Positions 27,101 to 37,218 of a stretch of DNA of 64,000 nt are shown here, one piece after another. Each line of letters opens with the position of its first letter. Within the stretch, counting starts at the first letter, position 1. The notes under the pieces were generated by a model, which searched no databases, was not told the origin of the DNA, and worked only from the letters and a program-made list of their open reading frames with translations. The stretch is from an uncultured Candidatus Saccharibacteria bacterium (GTDB lineage Bacteria; Patescibacteriota; Doudnabacteria; UBA920). A program made the position numbers and the translations under genes. The DNA lies in NCBI GenBank assembly GCA_964384035.1, contig CAYLIB010000002.1, forward strand, positions 28,704 to 92,703, read 5' to 3'.

Positions 27101-28318
27101 GTAAACGGTGAAATCCGCTTCTCTGGTTTGTCTCTTTCTGTAACCAAAGGTGCTTCTGCTAAAGTTCTCACCCTAAAAGGTGATACTACAGCTAGTGGTA
27201 CCCAAACAGTTGGTTCTCAGACTAAGTTCTCTGCTACCTACTACGAATACCAAGGTGCCTCTTCTGGTACTACCGTGCGCGTAAGTGGTGGTACAACTGG
27301 TGCAACCGGTACCAACGACAACGCTGACACCGCAGCTACAGTTACTGTAGTTGATGGTTCTCAGTTCCAAGTTGGTGACAAAGTTGCTATCGACTTCAAC
27401 AATGATGGTGACTTAGGTGACACTGGAGAAACCAACAGTTCAGCTGGTTTCACAGTTGCTTCTGTAGCAGGCAATGTAGTCACATTAACTGCAGGTTCAA
27501 CTACCTTAGCAGACAATGTTGATATTACTGTTGCTGGTGGTAAAGTTGTCGCTTACGACAACGGTTCTACCGGTGCTTCTGTAAGTACTCGTCTAGACTT
27601 CTCGTCTCAGACTCTCATCAACCACAACGTTGAACCAGTTGTAGCAACCGATACTTCGGCTTCTACCGGTTCCAACGGCTCCTCTGGTCAGCCAATTGCT
27701 ACCTTCAACATTACTGCTGGTGGTACAAGAGACTTGATCATTTCAGCTTTGCAATTTAAGTTCTCCGGTTCTTTCGTAAGCGCTGGTGACGCTACTGCAA
27801 GCTGTAACAATGGTGCAGGTGGTGCTGATGACGGTGGTATCTACGATGTACAAGTATGGCAGAACGGTCAGGTCCAGACTGGTTCCCTCTTTGAAGGAAC
27901 TTCAGCTGCTGGAGCTACCGACTGTTTCGCTTCTGGCGACACAGCTTCCTTCTTGTTCACCAACCCAATCACCATTTCGGCTGGAACAACCGTTCCTTTC
28001 GTAATCAAGGCTAACACTTCTCAAACTCGTGCTGCTCTTACCACTTCTGGTACCATCTCTTACGGTGTGTACTTAGACGGTACAGCTGGCAAGGGTCAGA
28101 ACCTTGGTGGTGACGGTACAGGTGCTACAGACTTCAACACTGGTCTTACCCTCGGTGGCGTCTTCTGGGATTACACCGATGTTAACGGCAAGTACGGTGC
28201 TACTGGCACTACAGTTGCCGGTGTTGCTCCTACCTTCACGACAGCTAACGCTCTCGACACTGAAGTTATCGATGCAACCGACTACTACCCAGTCACTGGT
28301 CCAGTTATTAACTACTAA
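24170..28318 (+). CDS. giant secreted surface protein (1382 aa), Thr/Ser/Gly/Ala/Val-rich, repetitive beta-sandwich-like modules; S-layer/adhesin-like
   Basis: Signal peptide MSNSLAKKVFAVGSALAVAVSAFPVTALAAAHS, a poly-Thr linker (TATTTTTTPPP) and recurrent motifs (GxTxxxTVT.., LTxxGxxxxxxxV). No acidic or Cys content. Preceded by a roughly 940-bp leader. Confidence 0.75.
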   Translation: MSNSLAKKVFAVGSALAVAVSAFPVTALAAAHSAGTNIKSSDGTIWMVMPDNTRRAYTSAGAFLSYGFNSWSGVVDANADDLALTVGSFIPPQDGKIICSDRGADKGTCYLITGGQKGGFTSEAVFKGLGFSFSRATYGDVSWMSSTSNIDNTTAAHRPGVLVNNNGTVQLVGSAGLLGIPDLSTFNSWGYSFSDVVAANASDKALSQTGVMAARTAGQLSPTATTTTTTPPPVSGSVTASLASDTPATSVLAGGSSYNNVTKLSLTNGSSSAANLTQITLTRGGIVQDSSVTGVAVFDASGRRHGNFGTFGTAKSTIGFASDPIVVPANGSTTLWVKVNISSSVTTGTVNVGIAQASDLKFDSATVGGSFPLWGNTHSIVSGSNVIGSATLNSQTVGGGTSGSPAQIDLGLTNFTVQKFRISESSGQEDIKLSSLTLFNNGTAADGDYTNITLKDQANNVLSTIAKSTGGKVQFVLTAPYVIPRGATRDFNIAVDVPGISNSASRTLDFTIQNDYDVELYGSQTGSGILPTASGGSTFPIGDGSGSDVGNYVQFKSGSVTVSKASDSPSAKMAPGATQQTIASFDVKAFGEDVELQKLTFVITKDGTNELTTGMKAFTGTVKVNDEVGSTLYSSTATTASLYSADGTFTISNSSVTNTGAGAATGTQVTLNTYKTIKAGTTAKLNFVTDIFTSATSTDQYAIAIQGYYARRVSSNNFITNTSTVTGNTRQVDTSSLSTSSNSAYNPSNLVKGGSALKIGSFNIQAGPAENITLTSLGLVICTNHSGSTAAIVCTSSAVPTGVSNIFLKTKSGTTETAFGTPISSTTAGTTETFSGNAVINASSTLEVNVYADVSNAFDSYASGSDLLGAKLTVVASVGQSSQTNITDSTGATGQTVTMTGNGVLQLTADAAGTPIQQIVRASQTAVPLLTLKVAESSNAEDLTIRKLYFNARNGAGNYSNLALYDGATQVGSSASIVNGEIRFSGLSLSVTKGASAKVLTLKGDTTASGTQTVGSQTKFSATYYEYQGASSGTTVRVSGGTTGATGTNDNADTAATVTVVDGSQFQVGDKVAIDFNNDGDLGDTGETNSSAGFTVASVAGNVVTLTAGSTTLADNVDITVAGGKVVAYDNGSTGASVSTRLDFSSQTLINHNVEPVVATDTSASTGSNGSSGQPIATFNITAGGTRDLIISALQFKFSGSFVSAGDATASCNNGAGGADDGGIYDVQVWQNGQVQTGSLFEGTSAAGATDCFASGDTASFLFTNPITISAGTTVPFVIKANTSQTRAALTTSGTISYGVYLDGTAGKGQNLGGDGTGATDFNTGLTLGGVFWDYTDVNGKYGATGTTVAGVAPTFTTANALDTEVIDATDYYPVTGPVINY

Positions 28319-28398
28319 TCCAAGCGATTAGGGTTATAACCCAAACCTAGACTGAATAGTCAAAAACCCCCACCCGCAAGGGTGGGGGTTTTGTATTT

Positions 28399-29364
28399 AT
28401 GCTAAAATATAGACATAATTTATTCATCAAAATGGAGAAGCAAAAACAATCCAGTAACGATCAATCTACTTTTGGATCATACTTAACCCCTCTTGCTACT
28501 TACATAATTATCCTACTCTCAGTTTTTATAGCCGGGGGTTTATTCTTTAGAACTAAACAAGGTTTTAACCAAAGTGCAGCATACGACTCAATCTCAAATG
28601 GGAAATTGCAAGCTAAATTAACCCCGGGAAAACTTCCCCCCAGAGAAACGTCGCCTCTAGTCTTCCCTCCCGTAAATAGTTGTCCAGAAAATCAACAGAA
28701 CCCGGAAGTGATTATAAAATCACCCATTGCGGACCAGGAAATTTCTGGGACTACTAAACTGGTTGCTAGTCTTGCGGATGGTGTTAGGGCAAACAATGCA
28801 CTCTTCTTGGTTATGACAGGTACACGTTGCAGCATTCAACGTCCCGTGGGTCCGGTTACTCTTAAAGATGGAGTATTTACAGTAGATTTCAATACAGACG
28901 AAGGGTTAACTGAAGACGGAACATATAATGTTATTGCGATTGCTCTTTCGGATGACTTAACGCCTTTGTATTCCAATCAAACAGTTTTCTCTATTAATAA
29001 CCACAAGAACCCTTTTGAGAGTGTAAATATAAATAGTATTGAAGTATTACCCAAAAAAGCCACCTACAAAAAAGGAGAAAGTATAGAGATTTCTTGGGTA
29101 ATTTCAGGACCCATACCAGATGCTTGGGAAAAATATCGTACAAATCCAATTATAGATATAAGAATGATGGCAGGAACAAATAATTTGGGGGTTTTTGCTC
29201 CAAATATCCGTACAAGCACTTTTGCAGGAGGTAAGGTAAGAGTCACGATTCCAACAAATATAGGGGTTGGTGAAGGCTTTAAGATACGGGTAGAACCGAG
29301 GGGTAAAAATGGAATTTCAGATTTTGTTTTTGGTGATTCAGACAACTTCTCTGTAACTAAATAA
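28399..29364 (+). CDS. membrane-anchored secreted hypothetical protein
   Basis: N-terminal TM (ATYIIILLSVFIAGGLFF) followed by a beta-rich extracellular region. Terminator hairpin at 29370-29396. Confidence 0.55.
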   Translation: MLKYRHNLFIKMEKQKQSSNDQSTFGSYLTPLATYIIILLSVFIAGGLFFRTKQGFNQSAAYDSISNGKLQAKLTPGKLPPRETSPLVFPPVNSCPENQQNPEVIIKSPIADQEISGTTKLVASLADGVRANNALFLVMTGTRCSIQRPVGPVTLKDGVFTVDFNTDEGLTEDGTYNVIAIALSDDLTPLYSNQTVFSINNHKNPFESVNINSIEVLPKKATYKKGESIEISWVISGPIPDAWEKYRTNPIIDIRMMAGTNNLGVFAPNIRTSTFAGGKVRVTIPTNIGVGEGFKIRVEPRGKNGISDFVFGDSDNFSVTK

Positions 29365-29419
29365 AAATCAAAGGCCCATTTGAGGGGCCTTTTTTTAATT
29401 CTGTTATACTAGTCTAGCT

Positions 29420-31369
29420 ATGAAAAATATTATAAAATCGTCGTTTTTATTCTTATTTGCTGTTCTCCTTGTCCTACTATCTGCTACCGATATCGGAGAT
29501 CCGGATACTGTCCAATATATCGCAAATGGTAAGCATATTTTAAAAAGCGGTTTTAGTAAGCTATGTGTTTATTCTTACTCATCAAATAATTGCCAGATTC
29601 CATATTCAGAATGGTTAACTCATGTAATTACATACTTCATATATAGCTTGTTTTCCTGGAAAGGGTTAGTTGTAACACAAGTCTTGTTGGTATTATCAAT
29701 TTTCGGTGTTCTACTTAAGTATGTAATCAAAAATGGATATAATTTACCCTCCTCAGTATTTATTTTTAGCATAGCCGCTTTTTCTGCTTCTGACCGCTTT
29801 ATTTACAGGGCAGATCTGTTTGCTTTGCTTTTAGGAACGATTCTTTTTGTTTACCTAGAGCAAAACCACTCAACGGAAATCACTAATAAAAAGAGCTTTT
29901 TCAAATTCTTTACGCCAATAGGAATATTGCTATTACTATGGGCAAACATGCATGGCTCATTTCCTCTGGGTCTTGTAATCCTATCTTCTTATACTCTCGA
30001 GAAAATATGGAAGCTATATCAATCTAGAAATAATCGTAAAGAAATAGGGGTCAAAAAAAATAACCTTTACGTATGGTTAATTATATTGAGCTTAGCTCTA
30101 GTTGTTAGTCTTTTGAATCCATATGGTCTAGAAGCTTTCCTTTGGCCATTCAAGTTTTTCTTTGGTGATAAAGAGTTTTATAGTCAAGTGGAATTTTTAA
30201 GTCCTTTTTCTTTCAAAGAAATTCAACCCGTATATTTTTATGGTTATTTGCTCCTATTGTTGGTTACATTCACTACTTTATTTTTGAGAGCATTTAAACT
30301 CCAACTAAGGCATATTATTGTAGTAATTCCTTTTATTTACTTATCTTTCAAAGCTAATAGAAATATTCCATGGCTAGGGGTAGTTACGAGTGTTATTTTA
30401 CCTTTCTATTTAAATGAATTAAACGCTTTAAAGACTTGGAAATATTTTAAACATTTACAGTATATCGCTTTGGGTGCTTCTTTTTTATTCATTGGGCTAT
30501 TTATGAAAAGTCTATTTTCTGGTGATTATTACCAAAAGCAACTTAGTACCCAACGATTCGGTTTTTCACAAAATCCCGTTATTTTTTCTAGCGGGGGAGT
30601 AGATTTTATTAAAACAAGGAGCCTGAAGGGTAATATGTTTAACGACTATAGGGGAGGTACTTACATTAATTTTGCTCTATTCCCATCGCGTAAAAACTTT
30701 ATCGACGGTCATAGTTATACCTTAGAGAAACTCAATTATTATAAAGACGTTGTCAGTGGTAAGATAGATTTAAACGAAGTAGTACAAAAATATAATATTA
30801 ATTATTTCTTCCTCGAACACGGAGTGGAGGATACTGGTCTGCTTATAAGCAAATTATCTAAGGACCCAAACTGGGTATTAGTCTATTTCGATGAGGTGAG
30901 TTGTATCTTCGTGAAAAAATCGGATAACAACCAGGAAGTTATCTCTAAAGACGCTATAAATTTTAACCTTCTCTATAGGGAAGGAAAATTACCCCTACTA
31001 AGAAAAGATTATCATGAAAGATATGCTTCCCTGGCTAGAAGTTATAGAGGCGCATTCCTTTTTCGTATAGACCAATTAAATGCCAGTCGGCTTGAGCTTG
31101 AAAGCGCAGTAGAGCTAGACCCTAATAACTTTACGGCCCTAAATGTTTTAGGGCTTGTATATGGAAAGTTAAACTTACCAGAGAAAGCAGAGTTTAGTTT
31201 CAAAAATTCTTTAAACATTCAAGAAATGGCTCAAACTCATGGCAATTACGGAATATTATTAGAAAATTTAGGTAGAAAATCTGAAGCTATAAGCGAATAT
31301 AAAAAAGCCTTAACCTTAAATCCTGGGGTTCCCGCTGTGTCTTCGCGTTTGGAGAAATTAAATAAGTAA
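29420..31369 (+). CDS. GT-C-type membrane glycosyltransferase-like protein with C-terminal TPR repeats
   Basis: About 11 TM helices with an early acidic loop (TDIGDPD). The C-terminal 130 aa are TPR-like (LELESAVELDPNNFTALNVLGLVYGKLNLPEKAEFSFKNSL...). This architecture is typical of PMT/ArnT-like GT-C enzymes. Confidence 0.45.
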   Translation: MKNIIKSSFLFLFAVLLVLLSATDIGDPDTVQYIANGKHILKSGFSKLCVYSYSSNNCQIPYSEWLTHVITYFIYSLFSWKGLVVTQVLLVLSIFGVLLKYVIKNGYNLPSSVFIFSIAAFSASDRFIYRADLFALLLGTILFVYLEQNHSTEITNKKSFFKFFTPIGILLLLWANMHGSFPLGLVILSSYTLEKIWKLYQSRNNRKEIGVKKNNLYVWLIILSLALVVSLLNPYGLEAFLWPFKFFFGDKEFYSQVEFLSPFSFKEIQPVYFYGYLLLLLVTFTTLFLRAFKLQLRHIIVVIPFIYLSFKANRNIPWLGVVTSVILPFYLNELNALKTWKYFKHLQYIALGASFLFIGLFMKSLFSGDYYQKQLSTQRFGFSQNPVIFSSGGVDFIKTRSLKGNMFNDYRGGTYINFALFPSRKNFIDGHSYTLEKLNYYKDVVSGKIDLNEVVQKYNINYFFLEHGVEDTGLLISKLSKDPNWVLVYFDEVSCIFVKKSDNNQEVISKDAINFNLLYREGKLPLLRKDYHERYASLARSYRGAFLFRIDQLNASRLELESAVELDPNNFTALNVLGLVYGKLNLPEKAEFSFKNSLNIQEMAQTHGNYGILLENLGRKSEAISEYKKALTLNPGVPAVSSRLEKLNK

Positions 31370-31387
31370 AAGTGTTATAGTTGGATT

Positions 31388-32155
31388 ATGAACAGGCTCC
31401 GACAACTAAAAACCTATTTAATACCTTTGTTTATTTTATCCATTGGGTTAAATATCTTTCTTTTGTTGAAATTAAAATCTACTACAGAGGTTAAGGTAGT
31501 GCAAGAAACTCCTGCGCCTCATTTCGATGATGCTCAAAAAGTCTCAGATATTCAGCATTTTTTAGATTCTATATCTGTAGATTACATATCCGAGGTAAAA
31601 TCGCTCTCCGAAAAATACAAAATTCCTTCCTGGGGTTGTGGTCCCAGTAGTTTTGCGCTCGCAGAAATAATAAATAAAAAATTCTTCGAAAATAAGCTAA
31701 GAGTAGATGCGTCTTACGATAATCACCCTTACGAGATACTTATTAGGGGAGGTTTTGCTGCAGCCAATCCACAACACCTCGCAGATGTTAATTCCGTAGA
31801 TCATGCTTGGATAGAAATTTATTTCAAAGATCAGATGCTTTTCATAGATCCAACTATCGCACAGTTCGGTAAAATAGATAAAATAGCTTACGCCACCTTT
31901 AGAGTTGGTGATCCTAATATATCTACCGTACTGCATGACCAGTTTGGTATTTACGATGTTCGCCTAAGGCTTATGGTCAAAAAAGCAGTCGCCAGGGCTC
32001 CCGAAGGCGCTGAGCCATACCCGGGTCAGTCTATTAACCCTGATTACCTAGGGTACTACAGAAAAGCCGCCGAGGACCTAAACATGCTAGACGAGGGAAA
32101 AATCCCCGAAGAATGGCGGGATTGGATAAAGGCTTTAGAATCCAAGTTTATTTAG
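31388..32155 (+). CDS. membrane-anchored hypothetical protein (possible Cys/His hydrolase fold)
   Basis: N-terminal TM. WGCGPSSFALAEII ... DHAWIEIYF suggests a papain/transglutaminase-like Cys-His pair; weak. Confidence 0.5.
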   Translation: MNRLRQLKTYLIPLFILSIGLNIFLLLKLKSTTEVKVVQETPAPHFDDAQKVSDIQHFLDSISVDYISEVKSLSEKYKIPSWGCGPSSFALAEIINKKFFENKLRVDASYDNHPYEILIRGGFAAANPQHLADVNSVDHAWIEIYFKDQMLFIDPTIAQFGKIDKIAYATFRVGDPNISTVLHDQFGIYDVRLRLMVKKAVARAPEGAEPYPGQSINPDYLGYYRKAAEDLNMLDEGKIPEEWRDWIKALESKFI

Positions 32156-32194
32156 CTTCACTTTCAAGGGTATATCTGGTAAAATATCAGAACT

Positions 32195-32869
32195 ATGAAA
32201 AAATACATTATTTTAGGCGTAGTGGTGGTTATTATTTTCGCCGGCTATTTAGCTTACCGCCCACAAGTCCACTATTATCTTTATAAACAAACAGTAAAGT
32301 CTCAACCAAACTTTAAAGAGCAAGAAAAGGCTTTGGAAGAAGACTACTTAAAGGCTTTTAAGAATCCTAAAGACGCAACCGCTGTGTTGGATTTGGGCGC
32401 AAAGCAGTTTGGTCTAAAAGATTTCAAATCCGCCGCAGAAAACTTCAAAAAAGTACTTGAGACTCAGCCAGATAACATTACTGCACAAGAGAACCTTATC
32501 CGTACTTATGAGTACATGAAGGATTATAAGAATGCCGAAATCCAAGCAAAAAAATATTTAGAGAAATTCCCTCAGTATCCAGATGCATATGGACTTATGG
32601 CTGAGCTTTACGGTACTTACTACACCGAAAAACAGTCTGAGCTAGAAAATCTATATAAAACCGGTTTTGAGAAAACAGGTGATGATCAATTCTTGTTGTT
32701 GCTTGCAGGTTACTACGAGAGAAATAAAGATTATGACAAAGCAATTCCTTTGGTTGAACAATGGATAAACAGCCCAAAGCCAAAATCTGAGAATAGTAAG
32801 AATATTACCCTCGGGTATCTAAAAGAGTTAAGGGCTTTGCAAGAGAAAAAAGCTTCAGAAGTTAAATAG
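32195..32869 (+). CDS. TPR-repeat protein with N-terminal TM anchor
   Basis: TPR-like helices (AENFKKVLETQPDNITAQENLIRTYEYMKDYKNAEIQAKKYLE...). It sits immediately upstream of pilB. Confidence 0.55.
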   Translation: MKKYIILGVVVVIIFAGYLAYRPQVHYYLYKQTVKSQPNFKEQEKALEEDYLKAFKNPKDATAVLDLGAKQFGLKDFKSAAENFKKVLETQPDNITAQENLIRTYEYMKDYKNAEIQAKKYLEKFPQYPDAYGLMAELYGTYYTEKQSELENLYKTGFEKTGDDQFLLLLAGYYERNKDYDKAIPLVEQWINSPKPKSENSKNITLGYLKELRALQEKKASEVK

Positions 32870-32974
32870 GTTCTAAGCAAACTTATTGTAAAATAGCGGG
32901 TTAATCCCACACCAAAGCCTAATTTGGTGTGGGATTTATGTTATACTTAAGATGTAAATTACTCAAAAAATCTT

Positions 32975-34735
32975 TTGGAAACAAACCCTCTAACTACTTT
33001 ACTTAAAGAAAAGAAAATTATAACTCAGTCTCAGATTCTTGATGCTCAAAAAGAGCTAAAGTCAGCCAAGACCAACCAAGACTGGGAGAATTTTCTGTTG
33101 GATAAAAAAATAGTCACAGAAGATCAGTTGCTTGAAGCAAAATCCGAAATGCTTCATGTGCCAAGTATAGATTTAAGAAACGAAGAGATAAAGCAGGATG
33201 TGCTAGCTCTCGTTCCAGAACCTATTGCTCACAGACATAAGGTAATCTCTTTCGCCAAAACCAAGAGCGAATTGTCTTTAGGTATGGTAGATCCCACAGA
33301 TATTCAAACAAAAGAATTCATCCATAAGAAAACAGGTTTAGACATAAAAGCTTTCCTTATAGGGCCTAGTAGTCTTAAATTTGGCTTAGGAAAATATCAC
33401 AGTAACCTAGAGGGTGAAATGAAAACCCTAGTTAAAGAAGACTCCCTTGGTTTAACGGCTACTCCAGACAAGCAGACTGCAGCCCCAGACGAAAAAGGTT
33501 TAAAGAATCTAGCAGAAGAAATTCCTGTTATTAGGGTAGTAGATACTCTTCTTGAATATGCGGTATTTGAAAAAGCCTCCGATATTCATATTGAACCACA
33601 AGAGAATTCTGTTGCTGTACGTTATCGTATAGATGGTATATTGCACGACGTAATGACACTGCCAAAAGTTATTCAGGCGGCAATTGTTGCCCGTATAAAG
33701 GTATTGTCCAACTTGCAAATAGACGAGCATCGCTTACCACAAGATGGTCGTTTCAAAATAGAAAAAGATGGTTATAAGTTTAGTTTGCGTGTTTCCACTA
33801 TTCCGGTTTTCGACGGTGAAAAAGTCGTAATGCGTCTTCTCGATGAATCGACTAAGGCCATGACACTAGAGGCATTAGGCTTTTTGCCTAGCCAGTTAAA
33901 TGTAGTTCAAAGAAACATAAAGAAACCTCATGGAATGTTTTTGGTAACTGGTCCTACCGGAAGCGGTAAATCCACTACACTTTATGCGGTTCTAACTATT
34001 TTAAATAATAAGACAGTAAATATTTCCACCATAGAAGATCCGGTTGAATACCGTATACCCGGTGCAAACCAAATGCAAACCAACGCTAAAATTGGTTTAA
34101 CTTTTGCCATGGGCTTAAGGGCGCTCCTCAGGCAAGACCCAAATATTATTATGATTGGTGAGATTCGCGATAAAGAAACCGCGGAAGAGGCTGTTCACGC
34201 TGCCATGACAGGTCACATTGTGCTCTCTACGCTTCACACCAACTCAGCTGCTGCTGCACCTGCTAGGCTTTTGGATATTGGAATTGAACCGTATTTAATT
34301 ACTTCTACCACGAATGCTGTTATGGGGCAAAGGCTCGTGCGTGTTTTGTGTCCTGACTGCAAAGAAAAAGTAAAACTCGACGAAGTGGCTCTTGCTAATA
34401 TTGCCTCTAGTTTTAATCAAGAAAAAATAATTGAAGTTTTAACAAGAGAGAAGCTTATCTCAGGTGGTGCTAAGAAATTAGCAGACTTAGATTTTTTCCA
34501 CGGCAAAGGTTGTTCAAAGTGCAATAATACTGGTTACAAGAGTCGTATAGGTATTCATGAAATTATGGAAATAACAGAAGCAGTGGCAGATAGTATATTA
34601 AAACGAGACTCAGCGCAGGATACAGAAGCAATTGCCGAAAAAGAAGGCATGATCCTTATGTGGGAAGACGGCTTCATAAAAGCCGTCCAAGGAATAACCA
34701 CCGTAGACGAAGTCCTAAGAGTCTCAAAAGAATAA
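32975..34735 (+). CDS. pilB: type IV pilus assembly ATPase PilB (GspE family)
   Basis: Walker A GPTGSGKST, tetra-Cys motif CPDCKEK...CSKCNNTGY, and a GspE N-terminal domain. Confidence 0.9.
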   Translation: METNPLTTLLKEKKIITQSQILDAQKELKSAKTNQDWENFLLDKKIVTEDQLLEAKSEMLHVPSIDLRNEEIKQDVLALVPEPIAHRHKVISFAKTKSELSLGMVDPTDIQTKEFIHKKTGLDIKAFLIGPSSLKFGLGKYHSNLEGEMKTLVKEDSLGLTATPDKQTAAPDEKGLKNLAEEIPVIRVVDTLLEYAVFEKASDIHIEPQENSVAVRYRIDGILHDVMTLPKVIQAAIVARIKVLSNLQIDEHRLPQDGRFKIEKDGYKFSLRVSTIPVFDGEKVVMRLLDESTKAMTLEALGFLPSQLNVVQRNIKKPHGMFLVTGPTGSGKSTTLYAVLTILNNKTVNISTIEDPVEYRIPGANQMQTNAKIGLTFAMGLRALLRQDPNIIMIGEIRDKETAEEAVHAAMTGHIVLSTLHTNSAAAAPARLLDIGIEPYLITSTTNAVMGQRLVRVLCPDCKEKVKLDEVALANIASSFNQEKIIEVLTREKLISGGAKKLADLDFFHGKGCSKCNNTGYKSRIGIHEIMEITEAVADSILKRDSAQDTEAIAEKEGMILMWEDGFIKAVQGITTVDEVLRVSKE

Positions 34736-34855
34736 AACAAATATTTTAATTTCTATAGCATTTTACTGATCCGGGTTCCCCGGGCAGTAAAATTACATAG
34801 GAAGGATGATGTCATGAAGAAGGAAACCCCTTCTGGGTTTCCTTCTTCATAGATT

Positions 34856-36067
34856 ATGAAATTTACATACGAAGTACTAAATAATAATACAGGCAAGAAA
34901 GAGAAGGGGAGTATCGATGCTCCCGATATGGCTCAAGCCGGAAGAGAGCTGAGAGAAAAAGGATTGACCCCGACTAATATTATCCCTGAAGGTCGAGGTT
35001 CTTTCACTGAATCTTTGCGTGACTTAAAGTCTATATCGTTAAAAGAAAAAATCGTATTTATTGAAGACCTCGCGATAATGTTAAAAAGCGGTATTGGGGT
35101 AAGTAAAGGTCTTAACATTATTACAAGTCAAAATAAAAACGGAAAATTTCATAAAATTTTAAAAGACATTTCTGGGGCTGTAGAGTCCGGTACGCCGTTA
35201 AATGCCGCAATGGCTAAATATCCAAAAGTATTTTCAAATATATTTGTCAGCATGGTAAAAGTTGGTGAGGTTTCGGGTAATTTGGATAAATCTCTGAATT
35301 ACTTAGCGGTACAACTTGAGCGTGAAGCAGATCTAAAAAGCAAAACCAAGGGTGCAATGATGTACCCAGCCGTTATTCTTTCCGCTATGCTTATTATTGG
35401 TGTGCTGATGTCGGTTTTTGTACTCCCAAAGCTCACAGTTATTTTTAAGGAGTTTCAGGGGGGGCTGCCTCTTACTACAAGAATAATAGTTGGGTTCGCG
35501 GAATTTATGAGCGGTCATGCTATATTGGTAATAGGTGGTTTAATTCTTGCTATTATAGGTTTTATAGCATTTCTAAGAACAAAACCCGGACAAACTACTT
35601 TCGATTGGTTTCTTTTGCATTTTCCTGCAACCAAAGAGATTGTAAAAAAAATAAATATCGCACGTTTCTCTAGAATATTCTCGTCTTTACTCAAGAGTGG
35701 TATTAATGTTGTTGAAGGTCTCGCGGTAGCCGGAGAAGCGTTGGGTAATGTCTATTACCGAGATGTTCTGATAGAGGCTTCAAGTGAGGTAAAGCTCGGT
35801 AAACCAATAACAGCAGTGTTTGAACAGAACGAACATTTATTCCCAAATATCATTGTTGAAATGTTAAAAGTAGGTGAGGAAACAGGTAGTATGGAGTCTA
35901 TCCTCGAACAAATTGCCATACATTATGAAGAAGAAGTAGACACGACAATGAAGAATATTTCTTCTATCATTGAACCACTCCTTCTTTTAATCATTGGTGC
36001 TGTAGTTGGTTTCCTTGCGTTAGGTTTAATTTCCCCAATATATAATATTAGCCAAAGCATTCAGTAA
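34856..36067 (+). CDS. pilC: type IV pilus platform protein PilC (GspF family)
   Basis: Two T2SS-F repeats (LAIMLKSGIGVSKGL..., FSSLLKSGINVVEGL...) and 3 TM segments. 403 aa. Confidence 0.85.
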   Translation: MKFTYEVLNNNTGKKEKGSIDAPDMAQAGRELREKGLTPTNIIPEGRGSFTESLRDLKSISLKEKIVFIEDLAIMLKSGIGVSKGLNIITSQNKNGKFHKILKDISGAVESGTPLNAAMAKYPKVFSNIFVSMVKVGEVSGNLDKSLNYLAVQLEREADLKSKTKGAMMYPAVILSAMLIIGVLMSVFVLPKLTVIFKEFQGGLPLTTRIIVGFAEFMSGHAILVIGGLILAIIGFIAFLRTKPGQTTFDWFLLHFPATKEIVKKINIARFSRIFSSLLKSGINVVEGLAVAGEALGNVYYRDVLIEASSEVKLGKPITAVFEQNEHLFPNIIVEMLKVGEETGSMESILEQIAIHYEEEVDTTMKNISSIIEPLLLLIIGAVVGFLALGLISPIYNISQSIQ

Positions 36068-36167
36068 GTTCATAAAGTTAATAAATTTTGTAAAGATCAT
36101 CAAGTTATTGCGGTGGAAACACTTTACAAACTTTATGAACCTGATGAACTTTGTAAACTAAGTCCCC

Positions 36168-37217
36168 ATGGATTTTCATTTTAAAAATAAGTACCCAATC
36201 GGTGTAGATATCTCAACAAGTTCAGTAAAGGTTTTTCAGTTTGGTCCAAATAAAAAAGGTACGCTTGAAATTAAGGGTTATTCAGAAGTGGGTCTTCCCA
36301 AGGGTGTTGTGGTTGAAGAGGCTATCTTGGATACGCAAACTCTTTCATTTATTGTGAGGCAGGCTATTGATAAGCCAAAATACGGTGCTTTTTCTGGAAA
36401 TCGCATAGTTGCCGCGCTACCCGAAGCTAAATCTTTCGTTAGGGTTATACACCTACCGCATATGGGCGACTCAGAAGTAGACCAAGCTATTCCGTTCGAA
36501 GCAGAAAGTTATATTCCAGTCCCGATAGACCAAGTTTATTTAGATTGGCAAAAACTAGATGAAGTAAATGGGCGAATGGAGATTTTGCTAATAGCAACGC
36601 CAAAAGACACCGCAGACAAATACCTATCTGTGTTCGATAAAATGAAGTTCACGGTCCAGGCCCTAGAAGTGGAGTCTCAAAGTGTGCAAAGGGCTCTGCT
36701 AAAAAAAGGGGATACTGAGTCTTTTTTGGTAGCAGATATTAACGACCATAAAACAAATTTAGTCATGATCGAGCGTGGACGACTGTTATTTACTTCATCT
36801 ATTCCTATGGGTGGGAATCAATTTAGTGAAGTGCTTGCAAAAACTTTAGGAATTCCAGTCGAAAAAGCAGAAAAAATAAAAGTTGATTCTGGTCTAAACA
36901 ATACTCCTGAAAATCCAAACATCAAACTTTCGATGTTGCCTATTTTAAAAAATCTTTCAGCAGAAATAAAAAATGTGTTAAGTTTTCAAAAAGAACACTT
37001 TCAGGTCTCCATAGACAAAGTAATTCTATGCGGAGGTGGTGCGCGCCTTAAGGGTATTCAAGAGAATCTTCAACTTGAGTTCCAAGAGCTAAATATGAAA
37101 GTTGAACTTGCTAATCCTTTGGCGAGCACGGGTATTGAAGAAGTAAAAATGATTTCTCCCGAAGAGTCTCTCGACTTCACTACAGCAATTGGGCTTGCAT
37201 TAAGAACAGACTATTAG
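36168..37217 (+). CDS. pilM: type IV pilus assembly protein PilM (actin-like ATPase)
   Basis: IGVDISTSSVKVFQF N-terminus and CGGGARLKGI near the C-terminus are typical PilM. Confidence 0.8.
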   Translation: MDFHFKNKYPIGVDISTSSVKVFQFGPNKKGTLEIKGYSEVGLPKGVVVEEAILDTQTLSFIVRQAIDKPKYGAFSGNRIVAALPEAKSFVRVIHLPHMGDSEVDQAIPFEAESYIPVPIDQVYLDWQKLDEVNGRMEILLIATPKDTADKYLSVFDKMKFTVQALEVESQSVQRALLKKGDTESFLVADINDHKTNLVMIERGRLLFTSSIPMGGNQFSEVLAKTLGIPVEKAEKIKVDSGLNNTPENPNIKLSMLPILKNLSAEIKNVLSFQKEHFQVSIDKVILCGGGARLKGIQENLQLEFQELNMKVELANPLASTGIEEVKMISPEESLDFTTAIGLALRTDY

Positions 37218-37218
37218 T

